Assembly (NCBI GenBank): GCA_965541585.1
Contig: CBEUCH010000006.1
Coordinates: forward strand, 1 to 64,000
Length of the DNA: 64,000 nt
From: an uncultured bacterium
GTDB taxonomy: Bacteria > Zixibacteria > MSB-5A5 > UBA10806
Reading direction: 5' to 3'
In this document: piece by piece, positions 27,748 to 37,847 of the stretch
Numbering within the stretch: position 1 is the stretch's first letter
How the letters are laid out: each line of letters starts with the position of its first letter
Position numbers and translations under genes: made by a program
Notes under the pieces: model-generated
Told to the model about the DNA's origin: nothing
What the model saw: the letters and a program-made list of their open reading frames with translations, nothing else
Databases searched by the model: none

Positions 27748-30171
27748 CTAAGATCTAACGGCCTCGGCAGTTGAATCCCGGTGCACCGTATACATTTTGG
27801 GAAGACAAAACAGAAGCATTATATAGCACGTGGCGGCCAAATAGAAGCTTGTAGAAATGCCAAAATGAATCGAGATGAAAACTGCCACCGCTGAACATAA
27901 TACCCCGAATATACCGTTGAGAGCCCAATACCAGGGAGTCTCAGAAGCCTTTGCGGTTTTAACCAACCGCATCCCGGTAGGGAAGCAGACACCCATCAGG
28001 ATTCCCAGAGGGAAGATTACAAGTATCGATAATGTGATCTTAATTCCCGTTGATGAGGTCATCATATTTGAGCTCAGAACCGGCAGAAAGAACCGTATGG
28101 CTATTATGGCCAGAAAAATGGCAACAGGAAATATGAAAATCCATGGAGAACGTGTCAGGGGCAATTGTTCGCTCAAATAACTGCCAATCCCGGCGCTGGC
28201 GATTATTGTGAATAGTAGAATTCCCAAAGCATAGACAGGATGCCCCAGGAAAACGGACAGCCGTTGAATAAGCGCTATCTCGGTGAGCATGAATCCTGCG
28301 CCTATCAAGGAAAAATAAGTGGCTCCCGACCAGAGGATCGTGCTGTTCTTGCGGATTGGGCTTCCCGATCTGCTGCCGGTCACCAGGGGAATTGCGACGG
28401 TGACTATGCTTATGAGAAGCAATGATAGAATAAGCCCGATAAGGGTTAGGTTTGCGATCAGGTTTCCACGCATAACCCCGGGGCCCGACCAGAGGATGCT
28501 CTTTATATGGGTTAGACGAAGCATATTGAAAAAGTAGGGATTTTCGTCAGTGGATGGCTGGTAATTCAGGGGCTTATCGGCAATGGCTAATTCCAATTCC
28601 TCCAGGGTGCCTGCCTCCAGCATGCTTTTTAAGGTCTGATTGGAGGGAGGCAGATCCGGGATGATCACCGGATTGAACCGCAAGTCGGAACTGAGTCTCT
28701 TAAGCTCTGTGATATCCTGATCGTTAAATGGCCTCCTGCTCACCAGTAAAGTGGAAAGGCTGTCGGTGGCGATCATGGCGATATGTCGGGAGGGATCAGC
28801 GAGATTAAATTCGAGAAGGCTGGCCATGGCCAGGCTGATAACTCGACCTGTTTCGCCGAGATTTTTCGGGTTATGCCATCTTGAAACGGTAAAAATCCCG
28901 TCATCAGAGAGTCGTTCCAGGAAAGTTGTCCAGGCCTCGACGGTATACAGGGTGTTCTCGGAAAGAGTGAAAGCCCCGGCGCCGGTTGAGGCAAACGTAT
29001 CGGTTAAAGACATCTGTATAATAGAATACTCCTCTTTCGATCTCGATAGGTAGCTTCTCGCTTCGTCGACCACGAGAGTTACCTCTTTGCGGTCGGAGAT
29101 GCCGGCGAATTCCCGGAACTGATTTTGAAGCAGGTCGATAAAGATGGGATTTAGATCAATGCCGACGATTTTTTCATGGCCGAATAGAAGAGCGCTTTGT
29201 ATATCTCTGCCTCCGCCGACGCCGATAATACACGCGCTTCCTTGAGGACGCAGGTAATAGGCAACATTGGTAACGTCGAATCTCAGGTGATCAATATCTT
29301 CAAAGGATTTAAATCTCCGAACCGTGGTAAACGCCCCGCCATCTATGCTCATGCCGTGCTGGGGGAAGTTCTTATCCAGGGGAGCCTCCGGGCTGGCACC
29401 CCAGTATTGCGGTGGGCTGTCCAATCGCCTGTGAACCACAACCCTGGAAAATGAATTCCATTTCTCAAGCAGGATATCGTCGAATTCCTGGATCTGTCCC
29501 TTCACAACGAATGGGCGTATTCCGTATGAAGTAAAGGAATTGAGAAATGCTATCAGACAGAGGACCCCGAAGACCCCCAGTGACAGGCGTCGAAACTTGA
29601 AGGCCGTACTCTTCCAGGCGAATGCTAATGCCGCCAAAGCGCCCACGGATCCAGATAGTATTATCAGACTGGAAGCATCAAATATTTCGAGTCCCACCAG
29701 AACAAACAGGCATCCCAGGGAGGCTCCGATCAAGTCGCTCGCATATATCTTCCCGATGGGATACCTGTGCATTGTCAAAACCGCCGTTATGGCTATGCCT
29801 GAGAAATAGAATGGCAATGCGCAGGCAATGGTGGCCTGGATCAACGCCAGAAGACTCATCACGGATATTGAGAGATCGAGAGGGGTCATACAAAGAATGA
29901 TCAGGGATAAGGGAACGGCCAGCGAATATGCCAGGCAAGCCTTTGCAATGTTGTGATTCAGTTTGTCGCCGGTAAACCAGTTCGGCCTGAGATACACGGT
30001 TGAAGCGCCTGCAGTCATACCCAGCATGGCAGTACCCACTGCAAAAAAGGCGAGATGATACCATGTGATGACGCTCAGGAGTCTGGTCAGGGTTACCTCC
30101 AGCCCGAGTGTAGTGAGGGCGATCAGAAATGTGCCCAGATAGACTATCATGGAGTTTTTTTCCTCGATCAT
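27748..30171 (-). CDS. Multi-TM membrane protein with central spermidine-synthase-like SAM-binding domain
   Basis: Seven N-terminal TMs, IYASDLIGASLG, IGVGGGRD, DEARSYL, STDENPYFF, C-terminal TMs with WYWALNG. Confidence 0.8.
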   Translation of the reverse strand: MIEEKNSMIVYLGTFLIALTTLGLEVTLTRLLSVITWYHLAFFAVGTAMLGMTAGASTVYLRPNWFTGDKLNHNIAKACLAYSLAVPLSLIILCMTPLDLSISVMSLLALIQATIACALPFYFSGIAITAVLTMHRYPIGKIYASDLIGASLGCLFVLVGLEIFDASSLIILSGSVGALAALAFAWKSTAFKFRRLSLGVFGVLCLIAFLNSFTSYGIRPFVVKGQIQEFDDILLEKWNSFSRVVVHRRLDSPPQYWGASPEAPLDKNFPQHGMSIDGGAFTTVRRFKSFEDIDHLRFDVTNVAYYLRPQGSACIIGVGGGRDIQSALLFGHEKIVGIDLNPIFIDLLQNQFREFAGISDRKEVTLVVDEARSYLSRSKEEYSIIQMSLTDTFASTGAGAFTLSENTLYTVEAWTTFLERLSDDGIFTVSRWHNPKNLGETGRVISLAMASLLEFNLADPSRHIAMIATDSLSTLLVSRRPFNDQDITELKRLSSDLRFNPVIIPDLPPSNQTLKSMLEAGTLEELELAIADKPLNYQPSTDENPYFFNMLRLTHIKSILWSGPGVMRGNLIANLTLIGLILSLLLISIVTVAIPLVTGSRSGSPIRKNSTILWSGATYFSLIGAGFMLTEIALIQRLSVFLGHPVYALGILLFTIIASAGIGSYLSEQLPLTRSPWIFIFPVAIFLAIIAIRFFLPVLSSNMMTSSTGIKITLSILVIFPLGILMGVCFPTGMRLVKTAKASETPWYWALNGIFGVLCSAVAVFISIHFGISTSFYLAATCYIMLLFCLPKMYTVHRDSTAEAVRS

Positions 30172-30661
30172 CCGGTAAGGCTATAGACGGGGGTTGTTGG
30201 TTATGGGTGATGCCGGAAATGTCCCGGGTGGAATCTGCCAAGATGACAATTTGGCTGTTCTGGCTTCAAATATCTTCATAAATTCGGTATTCATATAAGC
30301 AATATTACAATGGGAAAATCAATCATAATCTTCCCCCATGTTGTGGTAGGCGGAACAAGGGTAGATCCGGAAATTACGAACTGCGGTGCGTGATGTCATT
30401 TTTCTCTTGACTGGATGTCTATAATTCGTTTAACTTCCGCCTGATTATTGCCATATAGCGGTACAATGCTGGCTTGATGAAGGTAGCTATTAACGAAAAA
30501 GAAAGAAGGTGATAGAAAAGCTAAAAAACATTTCACTGGAATAAACGTTAATATCAAAGCATTCGTTTGATAATGTTTTCGCTCGATGGAGTTAGAATCG
30601 CTTTCTTGCGTCTACTTCCGAAAAGGAGCATTATTGGACAGAGAAGAAGGAAGAAATCAGG

Positions 30662-30934
30662 ATGCAAGGTAGCAAGCTTTACGTAGGAAATCTCGGTTAT
30701 TCTGTGACCAGTGCCCAGCTCGAGGAATTATTCGGCAACTACGGCGAGGTTAAGCAGATCAACATAATCGAAGGCAAGGGCTTCGGATTTGTGGAAATGT
30801 CCAGCACCGAGGAAGCCGAGAAGGCGAAAGAGGCGCTCAACGGTTCCGAGTTCGACGGCCGGACGATGAGAGTGGACGAGGCTCGCCCGCCCCGGAATAG
30901 AGATAGAGGAGAAGGCGGAGGCTATAGAAATTAG
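30662..30934 (+). CDS. RRM RNA-binding protein
   Basis: RNP2 LYVGNL, RNP1 KGFGFVEM, Gly/Arg-rich tail. Confidence 0.95.
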   Translation: MQGSKLYVGNLGYSVTSAQLEELFGNYGEVKQINIIEGKGFGFVEMSSTEEAEKAKEALNGSEFDGRTMRVDEARPPRNRDRGEGGGYRN

Positions 30935-31161
30935 TCCATTAGCTTTCGGGAAATAGTCTATGATCGCATTTATTATACAGTTGCTTTTCTGAGGGGTTCA
31001 AGATCGAGTAGTTCCCATCATTAATAATTCTATCTTTTCTTTCTTGTTGCCTGATTTCTTCCGACAGCGTCTTTCGGATTGTATCCGAATTCCACGGTAT
31101 GGTCTGGCCGTATATGCGTGTATCATCAAACGCAAAGTTTATTGCCGAGAGAATCAATGTT

Positions 31162-31836
31162 TCATGGAACGGTGATCTCGCAAAACACGCTGGATTCATC
31201 GACCTCCGCAATTCTAGTATCGACATCGATCCCCTTGACGAATGAGGAGAATTCTTCCGCCCCCGCGGTTGTTGCCGTGAAGCCGTCCCTGCACACGATC
31301 ACCCCTTTGCCGGTCCTTTCCGGATCGATTTCACCCAGTAGTCCTGCCTCGGACTGCAGCCGGAACCATTCCAGACGGGCATCCCAGAATTTGTCCGAAT
31401 AGCTCGAGAAAAGAGCGATCCCCCCCGATCTGGTAACCCGCAAACTCTCCCGGATCAAATCTCTCGGATTGACATGGAATGCTGAAATCCCGTTCTGAAT
31501 GCAGATAACAGCGTCGAATACCTTATCCGCGAAGGCGAGCCGGATAGCATCCATATTCAAAAGATGGCAGTTCGGGATCGCTTTTAATTTTTCTCGCCCG
31601 AGCATAAGACTGGCAGGCGAGGTATCGATGCCTATGACCGAGTCAGCCTTCTTGGCGAGTCGGGGAAGTATTCGCCCATATCCGCATCCGAGTTCCAGAA
31701 CAGTATCACCGGGGTTTATCCTTTCTGCAATATATTGCACCTCCATTTCGAGATATCGTCGGACCCGCGGCGGGGCGATTTCATAGACGCGCGCCAGCCT
31801 TTCGGCGGAGAGTTTATCACTGTAGTAATCGCTCAT
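31162..31836 (-). CDS. Class I SAM-dependent methyltransferase
   Basis: VLELGCGYGR, GIDTS, RVTRSGG. Confidence 0.88.
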   Translation of the reverse strand: MSDYYSDKLSAERLARVYEIAPPRVRRYLEMEVQYIAERINPGDTVLELGCGYGRILPRLAKKADSVIGIDTSPASLMLGREKLKAIPNCHLLNMDAIRLAFADKVFDAVICIQNGISAFHVNPRDLIRESLRVTRSGGIALFSSYSDKFWDARLEWFRLQSEAGLLGEIDPERTGKGVIVCRDGFTATTAGAEEFSSFVKGIDVDTRIAEVDESSVFCEITVP

Positions 31837-32009
31837 ATCTATCCAGCCATATAAAAGGCAGACCCGAAAATGCTACCATGTTTTCAGGCAATCGGCAAAC
31901 AAAAGGATTCATAGTGGCCTCCTGTGGACCCAGAAACCGTTTGACAGTCTGGATCCTCACCTTATATTACCTGCAGGGCGTTCAACGGGATAGGCATCGG
32001 AGCTGCTAT

Positions 32010-32612
32010 ATGAACATGATAAGCCAAATAGGCACATCACTTATTGCCGGGGCTGTTCTGCTGGGCCAGGGCGGGGATCCTCGCGGCAGGCAGGTCGATT
32101 TTTTCAAAGAAGAAATAACCATGACCGTAACCGATTCGACGTCATCCATTTCGGGCGTCTATTATTTCCGGAACAACACCGAAAAGGATAAGCCGTTTGC
32201 TGTAGCTTTTCCTTTCTATGTCGATGGTGTCTCGCATTACCCGCATGAAATAAGGGCCTATACCGTAGTTGACGGCGATACCGTCATTATTGAATCGGAT
32301 TGCCTCGAGGGCCGCAACGTCATTCGCATGCGTATTCCCATGAGGCCGGAGGAGGTGACCGTCTGGCATCTGGACTATTCTCAGCGGATCGAATCGGATT
32401 ATGCCCGCTACATCCTGACATCCACAAGCGCCTGGGGCAAGCCGCTGGAGGAGGCAACCTACCGGTTTATAATACCTGTGGATTACAGAATTATTGAAGT
32501 CTGGCCCAGGGCGGATAAAGCCAGGAGGATTAAATCGACCATTGAAATGTGGTGTGAGAAGATCGATTTCATGCCCGATCAGGATATGAGGATTTTCTGG
32601 GATCGAGAGTAG
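32010..32612 (+). CDS. Hypothetical exported protein (DUF4424-like)
   Basis: YILTSTSAWGKPLEEA and DFMPDQDM; start uncertain. Confidence 0.6.
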   Translation: MNMISQIGTSLIAGAVLLGQGGDPRGRQVDFFKEEITMTVTDSTSSISGVYYFRNNTEKDKPFAVAFPFYVDGVSHYPHEIRAYTVVDGDTVIIESDCLEGRNVIRMRIPMRPEEVTVWHLDYSQRIESDYARYILTSTSAWGKPLEEATYRFIIPVDYRIIEVWPRADKARRIKSTIEMWCEKIDFMPDQDMRIFWDRE

Positions 32613-32650
32613 TGGCTTTGTTCAAAAATAAAAAATGGGGGTGAGAAGCT

Positions 32651-34141
32651 ATGAGAAGGATTACTGCTTTTGCGGTTATAATGAGCGTGGTTGCAGCGAT
32701 GCCGTCCGCATTCGCGAATCCATTACCGGTCGTTAGTATTGAAGTTGTGAAGGCTTTTCCTCCGGAAATAACCGTAGAGTTCAATATTCCATTCGATATC
32801 TCAGGAGACACGATTCATACGTCCGGCGGTTATGCTGTCATCGATTCCGGCGTGTTTGGCGATTACCATGATGTCATTATTCTGGATTCTTTAAATACCT
32901 CCGGATTCATTCTTAATCCCGAAGGTGATGCTGTTATGCTGACGTCAGAGGAAGAATTCATTGATATGATGAATTATGGCACGCTTGGCCACGCGCCCCC
33001 GCCTATTCTGGGACATTACATTCTTACCGACCTCTATCTTCCTCCCGACGACTGGGAATATATGAATGTTTGGATTTTTGATTTTGCCGACCCCGGTTGG
33101 GGCAGGACAGAAATATTCATAAATGAGATTTCCGCCCACGCTTCATGGGAGGTCGGTTCGGGATTTATCGAACTTTACAATAGTTCGGATACAGCAATAA
33201 GTTTATCGGGATGGTCTATTGTCTGCGATACTATATGCACCATTTCCGCTGACGCCATAGTGTTTCCAGGGGGATTATACGTTTTGGACGAACCAGCCTT
33301 TCCCTCCGGGTTTGATATGGACTGGGATGCAGACAACATCTATCTTATAAGCGCTGATTCTCAGCTGGTAGATCAGGTTGGCTGGTCATCCGACCACGGA
33401 GAGAATGTATCTTTTATGCGCTATCCCGATGGTGATGTCGATGCAACGTATTGGTACTATAGTTTTTGGGGATATAATGATGGAACCTCATCCCACACCT
33501 TCGAAAACGGCTTCCCCAGCCGTGGCGCCCCCAACCGGCATGATTCTCCCGGCTTTGTAGTCATCGGGACCAGGGCTATAGGCGGCGAGGCCTGGGTCGA
33601 TCTGCACTGGACCAACCCGATCTGGGAACCACAATTTGATATCTCGGTAGCGGTTCGCAGTGAAACGGGATTTCCGGAGACGCCGGATGATGGCATCATG
33701 ATCTACGAAGGCGACGCACAGCACGTGACCGATACTGAGGATCTCTTTCCCGGTATATGGTATTATTACACGGTTTTTGCCAGGAATGATGGCGGCGAGT
33801 ATTCTGTTCCTACGTATGAATCGAGAGACAGCGTCATGCTAAGTGGCGTAAGAGTCACGGAAGATGTGGAGTTGCCCCAGCGGATTTCCTATCTGAAAAG
33901 CTATCCCAATCCGTTTAATGCACTTACTACGCTGCAATACGACCTGCTTCAATCCTCCGGTATAACAATCGAGATCTGCAATATAGTCGGCCAGCGGGTA
34001 GCTACCCTGTTCGAAGGCATCCAGCAGGCAGGTGAGCACACCCTCACCTGGGACGCCTCAGGTTTCCCCTCCGGCGTTTATTTTGCGAGGTTGGAGGCGG
34101 GGAAAGATTCTGAAAGTATAAAAGTAGTGCTATTGAAATAG
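32651..34141 (+). CDS. Secreted protein: lamin-tail-like domain, FN3-like domain, T9SS-type C-terminal domain
   Basis: IFINEI..FIELYNSSDTAISLSGWSI; WYYYTVFA; SYPNPFN..SGVYFARL..VVLLK. Confidence 0.8.
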   Translation: MRRITAFAVIMSVVAAMPSAFANPLPVVSIEVVKAFPPEITVEFNIPFDISGDTIHTSGGYAVIDSGVFGDYHDVIILDSLNTSGFILNPEGDAVMLTSEEEFIDMMNYGTLGHAPPPILGHYILTDLYLPPDDWEYMNVWIFDFADPGWGRTEIFINEISAHASWEVGSGFIELYNSSDTAISLSGWSIVCDTICTISADAIVFPGGLYVLDEPAFPSGFDMDWDADNIYLISADSQLVDQVGWSSDHGENVSFMRYPDGDVDATYWYYSFWGYNDGTSSHTFENGFPSRGAPNRHDSPGFVVIGTRAIGGEAWVDLHWTNPIWEPQFDISVAVRSETGFPETPDDGIMIYEGDAQHVTDTEDLFPGIWYYYTVFARNDGGEYSVPTYESRDSVMLSGVRVTEDVELPQRISYLKSYPNPFNALTTLQYDLLQSSGITIEICNIVGQRVATLFEGIQQAGEHTLTWDASGFPSGVYFARLEAGKDSESIKVVLLK

Positions 34142-34196
34142 ATGGATTGTAATGTGGCCAAATACAGGTCAATCGTTTGAACAAGGAGAGAATACT

Positions 34197-36008
34197 ATGA
34201 GAAAAATCCGGTTTGCGGTTATACTCGGGGTTTTTATTATTTCAAACAGCATTTCTGCTGAATCAATACCCCATTTCACAGACTTCTTAGAATATAATGT
34301 GGCGGCATTGAGCGGAGAGAATTGTCTTCTTACATCAAAGTCGGACGTGCCTTCTATTAAGTGCGGTACTCCCGTAACAGTCGCGCTGAATGCTCTGAGG
34401 TCATGGAATAAAAATATTGAATTAAGCACGCTTTTAAATCGCCCGGATTATTTACCCGATACCCTGGGTGGAGAAAACATTCTCGTTCATTACACGACTT
34501 CGGGAATCCATGCCCCCTACCAGGTTGACGTGGACGTCGATCCCGCCGACGGTATTCCGGATTACATAAACAGAGTTGCTGAGGTTTTTGAATATGTCCG
34601 GGATTACCAGATAGTCACTCTGGAGTATAGCATACCCCCTGTCGATTTTGGGCGTGGCGGCGATGACAGGTATGACGTATATGTTGAAAACCTCGGAGCA
34701 GGGTTTTATGGATTTACAACTCCCGAAGATCTTATAGATGAGTACCGTGCGAACAGTTACATCAGCATAGAAAACGATTTTGCCGGAACGTATTACAGTA
34801 ATAACCCGGTGGACGGTATGAAGGTAACGGCCGCTCATGGATTTTTCCACGCGGTTCAATTTGGCTATGATGTTTTTGAATACGATTTTGAGGACCCGAA
34901 TGATCCCTTTACATATAAGCCATGGTGGATGGAAGCCTCGGCTGTTTGGATGGAAGATATTATTTACGATGAAATCAACGACTATATTTCTTACCTGCCG
35001 TTCTTTTATGGATATCCCTGGATGGGGCTGGGAACCTTCTCGTATAATTATGGCGATCCTCCTCGTGTATTTCACCCCTATGCGTCCTGTGTATGGCCGA
35101 TATACTTGACGGAAAGATTCCATACGGGAATTATCAGGGAGATCTGGGAAGGATGTGGTTCAATCGAAGGGTATAATACTCTCACCGCCACGGAGGAGGC
35201 CCTGCAGCCGGTTACATCGCTTTCGAAAAGTTTTCTGGAATTCTCCGTCTGGAATTTTCATACCGGCTCGTTTGCCGATACGACCGCCTTTTTCAGTGAA
35301 GGACACTTATTCCCTGAGATGGACACTACCTTTTATATTCATGAATTGACTGCGGAACCTGTGGTAATAGGAAATTCCCTCAACCCGCCCGAGCATCTTG
35401 CGGCAAATTATATAGTAATCCGCGCCGGACAGGACTCAGGAGGAGTGGCGTTGAGTTTTGACGGACAGGACACGGATGACTCTGAATGGCACGTGGCAAT
35501 GCTCGGCTATGCGCCCGCGCAAAGCGAATGGATCGACATTCTCGTTGAGCCGAATACGGGCGAAGGTATGGGAGAATGGCATAACTGGAATCTCTACGAT
35601 GATATAGTGGTTATTCCGACCGTCTCGGGAGTTTCACCATTGTACGAACCATATTCATATCAGGGTTGGGTGGCATATGATCCAAGCCTTGTCGGCGACT
35701 CAACCGTTTCAATATGGCCTGACGATTCTAAAGATATTACGCCAGGAGAATTCTTGATGCTTTCGAGCTACCCCAATCCATTTAATACAACTATAACGCT
35801 GCAATATAATCTGCTTCAATCCTCCGGTGTGAGAATCGAGATCTACAATATAGCAGGCCAGAGGGTGGCCACTCTATTCGAGGGCATCCAGCAGGCAGGT
35901 GCGCATAGTATCAGCTGGGATGCGTCTAATTTCCCCTCCGGCGTTTACTTTGCCCGGCTGGAGGCGGGGAATCATTCTAAAAGTATGAAGATGGTGTTGT
36001 TAAAATAA
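34197..36008 (+). CDS. Secreted zinc-metalloprotease-like protein with T9SS tail; catalytic Glu replaced
   Basis: DGIPDYI, GGDDRYDVY, VTAAHGFFHAVQ, WWMEASAVWMED; SYPNPFN tail. Confidence 0.75.
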   Translation: MRKIRFAVILGVFIISNSISAESIPHFTDFLEYNVAALSGENCLLTSKSDVPSIKCGTPVTVALNALRSWNKNIELSTLLNRPDYLPDTLGGENILVHYTTSGIHAPYQVDVDVDPADGIPDYINRVAEVFEYVRDYQIVTLEYSIPPVDFGRGGDDRYDVYVENLGAGFYGFTTPEDLIDEYRANSYISIENDFAGTYYSNNPVDGMKVTAAHGFFHAVQFGYDVFEYDFEDPNDPFTYKPWWMEASAVWMEDIIYDEINDYISYLPFFYGYPWMGLGTFSYNYGDPPRVFHPYASCVWPIYLTERFHTGIIREIWEGCGSIEGYNTLTATEEALQPVTSLSKSFLEFSVWNFHTGSFADTTAFFSEGHLFPEMDTTFYIHELTAEPVVIGNSLNPPEHLAANYIVIRAGQDSGGVALSFDGQDTDDSEWHVAMLGYAPAQSEWIDILVEPNTGEGMGEWHNWNLYDDIVVIPTVSGVSPLYEPYSYQGWVAYDPSLVGDSTVSIWPDDSKDITPGEFLMLSSYPNPFNTTITLQYNLLQSSGVRIEIYNIAGQRVATLFEGIQQAGAHSISWDASNFPSGVYFARLEAGNHSKSMKMVLLK

Positions 36009-36045
36009 AAATTATCAGATTATTCCTCTGGACCTGGAGGTAAAG

Positions 36046-36951
36046 ATGAAAAGAGCATTATTGATTGCGTTAATTGTCAGTCTATTCGGGTACGCGGCCT
36101 TCGCACAGGACTTAAACAAGATCGTCTTCGGGCCGCTGGAGGGCGACGATGCCGGCGTATTGACCGTGCGCAACGGCAATGATATAGAGATCGAGATGTG
36201 GGTGCGGACAGATCCCGGCAATCCTGCGGAGGTTGTAGGTATATCCCATGGTCTCTTGTCCGAGGATGCCATTATTGCCGTGCGTAACGGCGTAGAAATC
36301 AATCCGGATTATGATGTGCCCAACTGGGAGATGGTCGGGGTCGAAGGCCCGTACATATACAATCCCGCCGACAACTATCCGATCCCGCAAGGGTACACAT
36401 GTGAAATGCAGTATGCTATCTGGTGCGTATTCGGGATTTGCTACAATCCCTTAGACACCCAGGGGGAATGGGAATATTATGGCGCTTTTCTGATGACCTG
36501 CAATACGGACGTCACCGTTGAGGATACATACTATCCGTTCTCGATCGGTTGGTATCCTCATAATAACAACCAGAGTACCCTTTGGGCATTTGCAGCCCCC
36601 CCGGGCGGCAGTGTTATCCCGGAGCAGGATTACTGCGGGCTTTATTTTGAGTCCGAGGTAGGCATCGATGATGATACAAATATCCCCGTAGAATTTTCTC
36701 TTTTTCAAAATTACCCCAATCCGTTCAACGCTCAAACCACCATTGAGTACGGTTTACCGATCGCATCACATGTTGTTATTGAAATCTATGACCTCCTCGG
36801 CAACAGGATAATAGCCCTTATCGACGAGAGTCAGGAAGCTGGACATCATCAGGTTACCTGGAATGCTGAGAGCCAATCTTCAGGAATGTATTTCTACAGG
36901 GTTCAGGCTGGGAAATATGTTGAGACAAGGAAGATGTTGCTATTGAAATAA
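36046..36951 (+). CDS. Secreted cohesin-like domain protein with T9SS-type C-terminal domain
   Basis: Signal peptide; beta-strand domain shared with the next gene; QNYPNPFN..KMLLLK. Confidence 0.7.
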   Translation: MKRALLIALIVSLFGYAAFAQDLNKIVFGPLEGDDAGVLTVRNGNDIEIEMWVRTDPGNPAEVVGISHGLLSEDAIIAVRNGVEINPDYDVPNWEMVGVEGPYIYNPADNYPIPQGYTCEMQYAIWCVFGICYNPLDTQGEWEYYGAFLMTCNTDVTVEDTYYPFSIGWYPHNNNQSTLWAFAAPPGGSVIPEQDYCGLYFESEVGIDDDTNIPVEFSLFQNYPNPFNAQTTIEYGLPIASHVVIEIYDLLGNRIIALIDESQEAGHHQVTWNAESQSSGMYFYRVQAGKYVETRKMLLLK

Positions 36952-36969
36952 ATCGTTAAGAGGGAAGCG

Positions 36970-37845
36970 ATGAAAAGAGTATTGCTTATATCGTTGATTG
37001 CTTTGTTTGCAGCAACTGTAGCCTTCGCCCAATCCAACAGAATCGTCTTCGGGCCGCTGGAGGGAGATGATGCCGGCGTATTGACCGTGCGCAATGGCGA
37101 GGAAATAGAGATTGAGGTGTGGGTGCGGACTGACCCCGATAATCCGGCTCCCGTCGTCGGTCTTGCGCATGGTCTTTTGTCCGAGGATGCGATTATAGCT
37201 GTCCGTAACGGATTTGAGATTGATCCGTATTATGATGGGTGGGAGTTAATTGTCGTCGACGGACCATTCTTTTACAATCCAGCCGATAACTATCCCATCT
37301 TCCCGGGGTACACATGTGAAATGCAGGTCGCGATCTATTGCGTTTTCTGTCCACCTCCACTTCCTAATCCACTCGATACCGACGGTGAATGGGATTATTA
37401 CGGCTCATTTCTGATGACCTGCAATACTGATGTTCCTTCAGATGATACATACCACCCATTTTCGATGGGTTGGTATCCGCAAAACAACAATAGTACCAAG
37501 TGGGCATTTGACGGGGGCGGCAGCGTTGTCCCGGAGCAGGATTACTGCGGGCTTTATTTCGAAGCCGGTGCCTGTGTCTATCTTCCGGGGGATGTCAACC
37601 ACAACGGCTCCCCGCTTGAGATTGTGGATATCTTTGCTATGATTTCAAGCTATAGAGGTACGGTGGAGCCGTATTACGAATGCGAATGCGACCTGGATCC
37701 CGTGAATCATAATTTCGCCGCCACGGCCGACCCCAACGGCAATTGTATACCCAACGAGATTATTGATGTCGTGACCGAGTTGAATGCTTATCGGGGAACC
37801 ATGACAGTTTCCGGGTGCCCGGATTGCCCGGGTTCGGGGAGGTGA
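36970..37845 (+). CDS. Secreted cohesin-like domain protein with Cys-rich dockerin-like tail
   Basis: Paralogous N-domain; PGDVNHNG..ADPNGNC..CPDCPGSGR. Confidence 0.7.
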   Translation: MKRVLLISLIALFAATVAFAQSNRIVFGPLEGDDAGVLTVRNGEEIEIEVWVRTDPDNPAPVVGLAHGLLSEDAIIAVRNGFEIDPYYDGWELIVVDGPFFYNPADNYPIFPGYTCEMQVAIYCVFCPPPLPNPLDTDGEWDYYGSFLMTCNTDVPSDDTYHPFSMGWYPQNNNSTKWAFDGGGSVVPEQDYCGLYFEAGACVYLPGDVNHNGSPLEIVDIFAMISSYRGTVEPYYECECDLDPVNHNFAATADPNGNCIPNEIIDVVTELNAYRGTMTVSGCPDCPGSGR

Positions 37846-37847
37846 AA

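Noticed and set aside
31158..31171. Third parS-like site TGTTTCATGGAAC
   Set aside because: Wrong spacing and no CACGTG core
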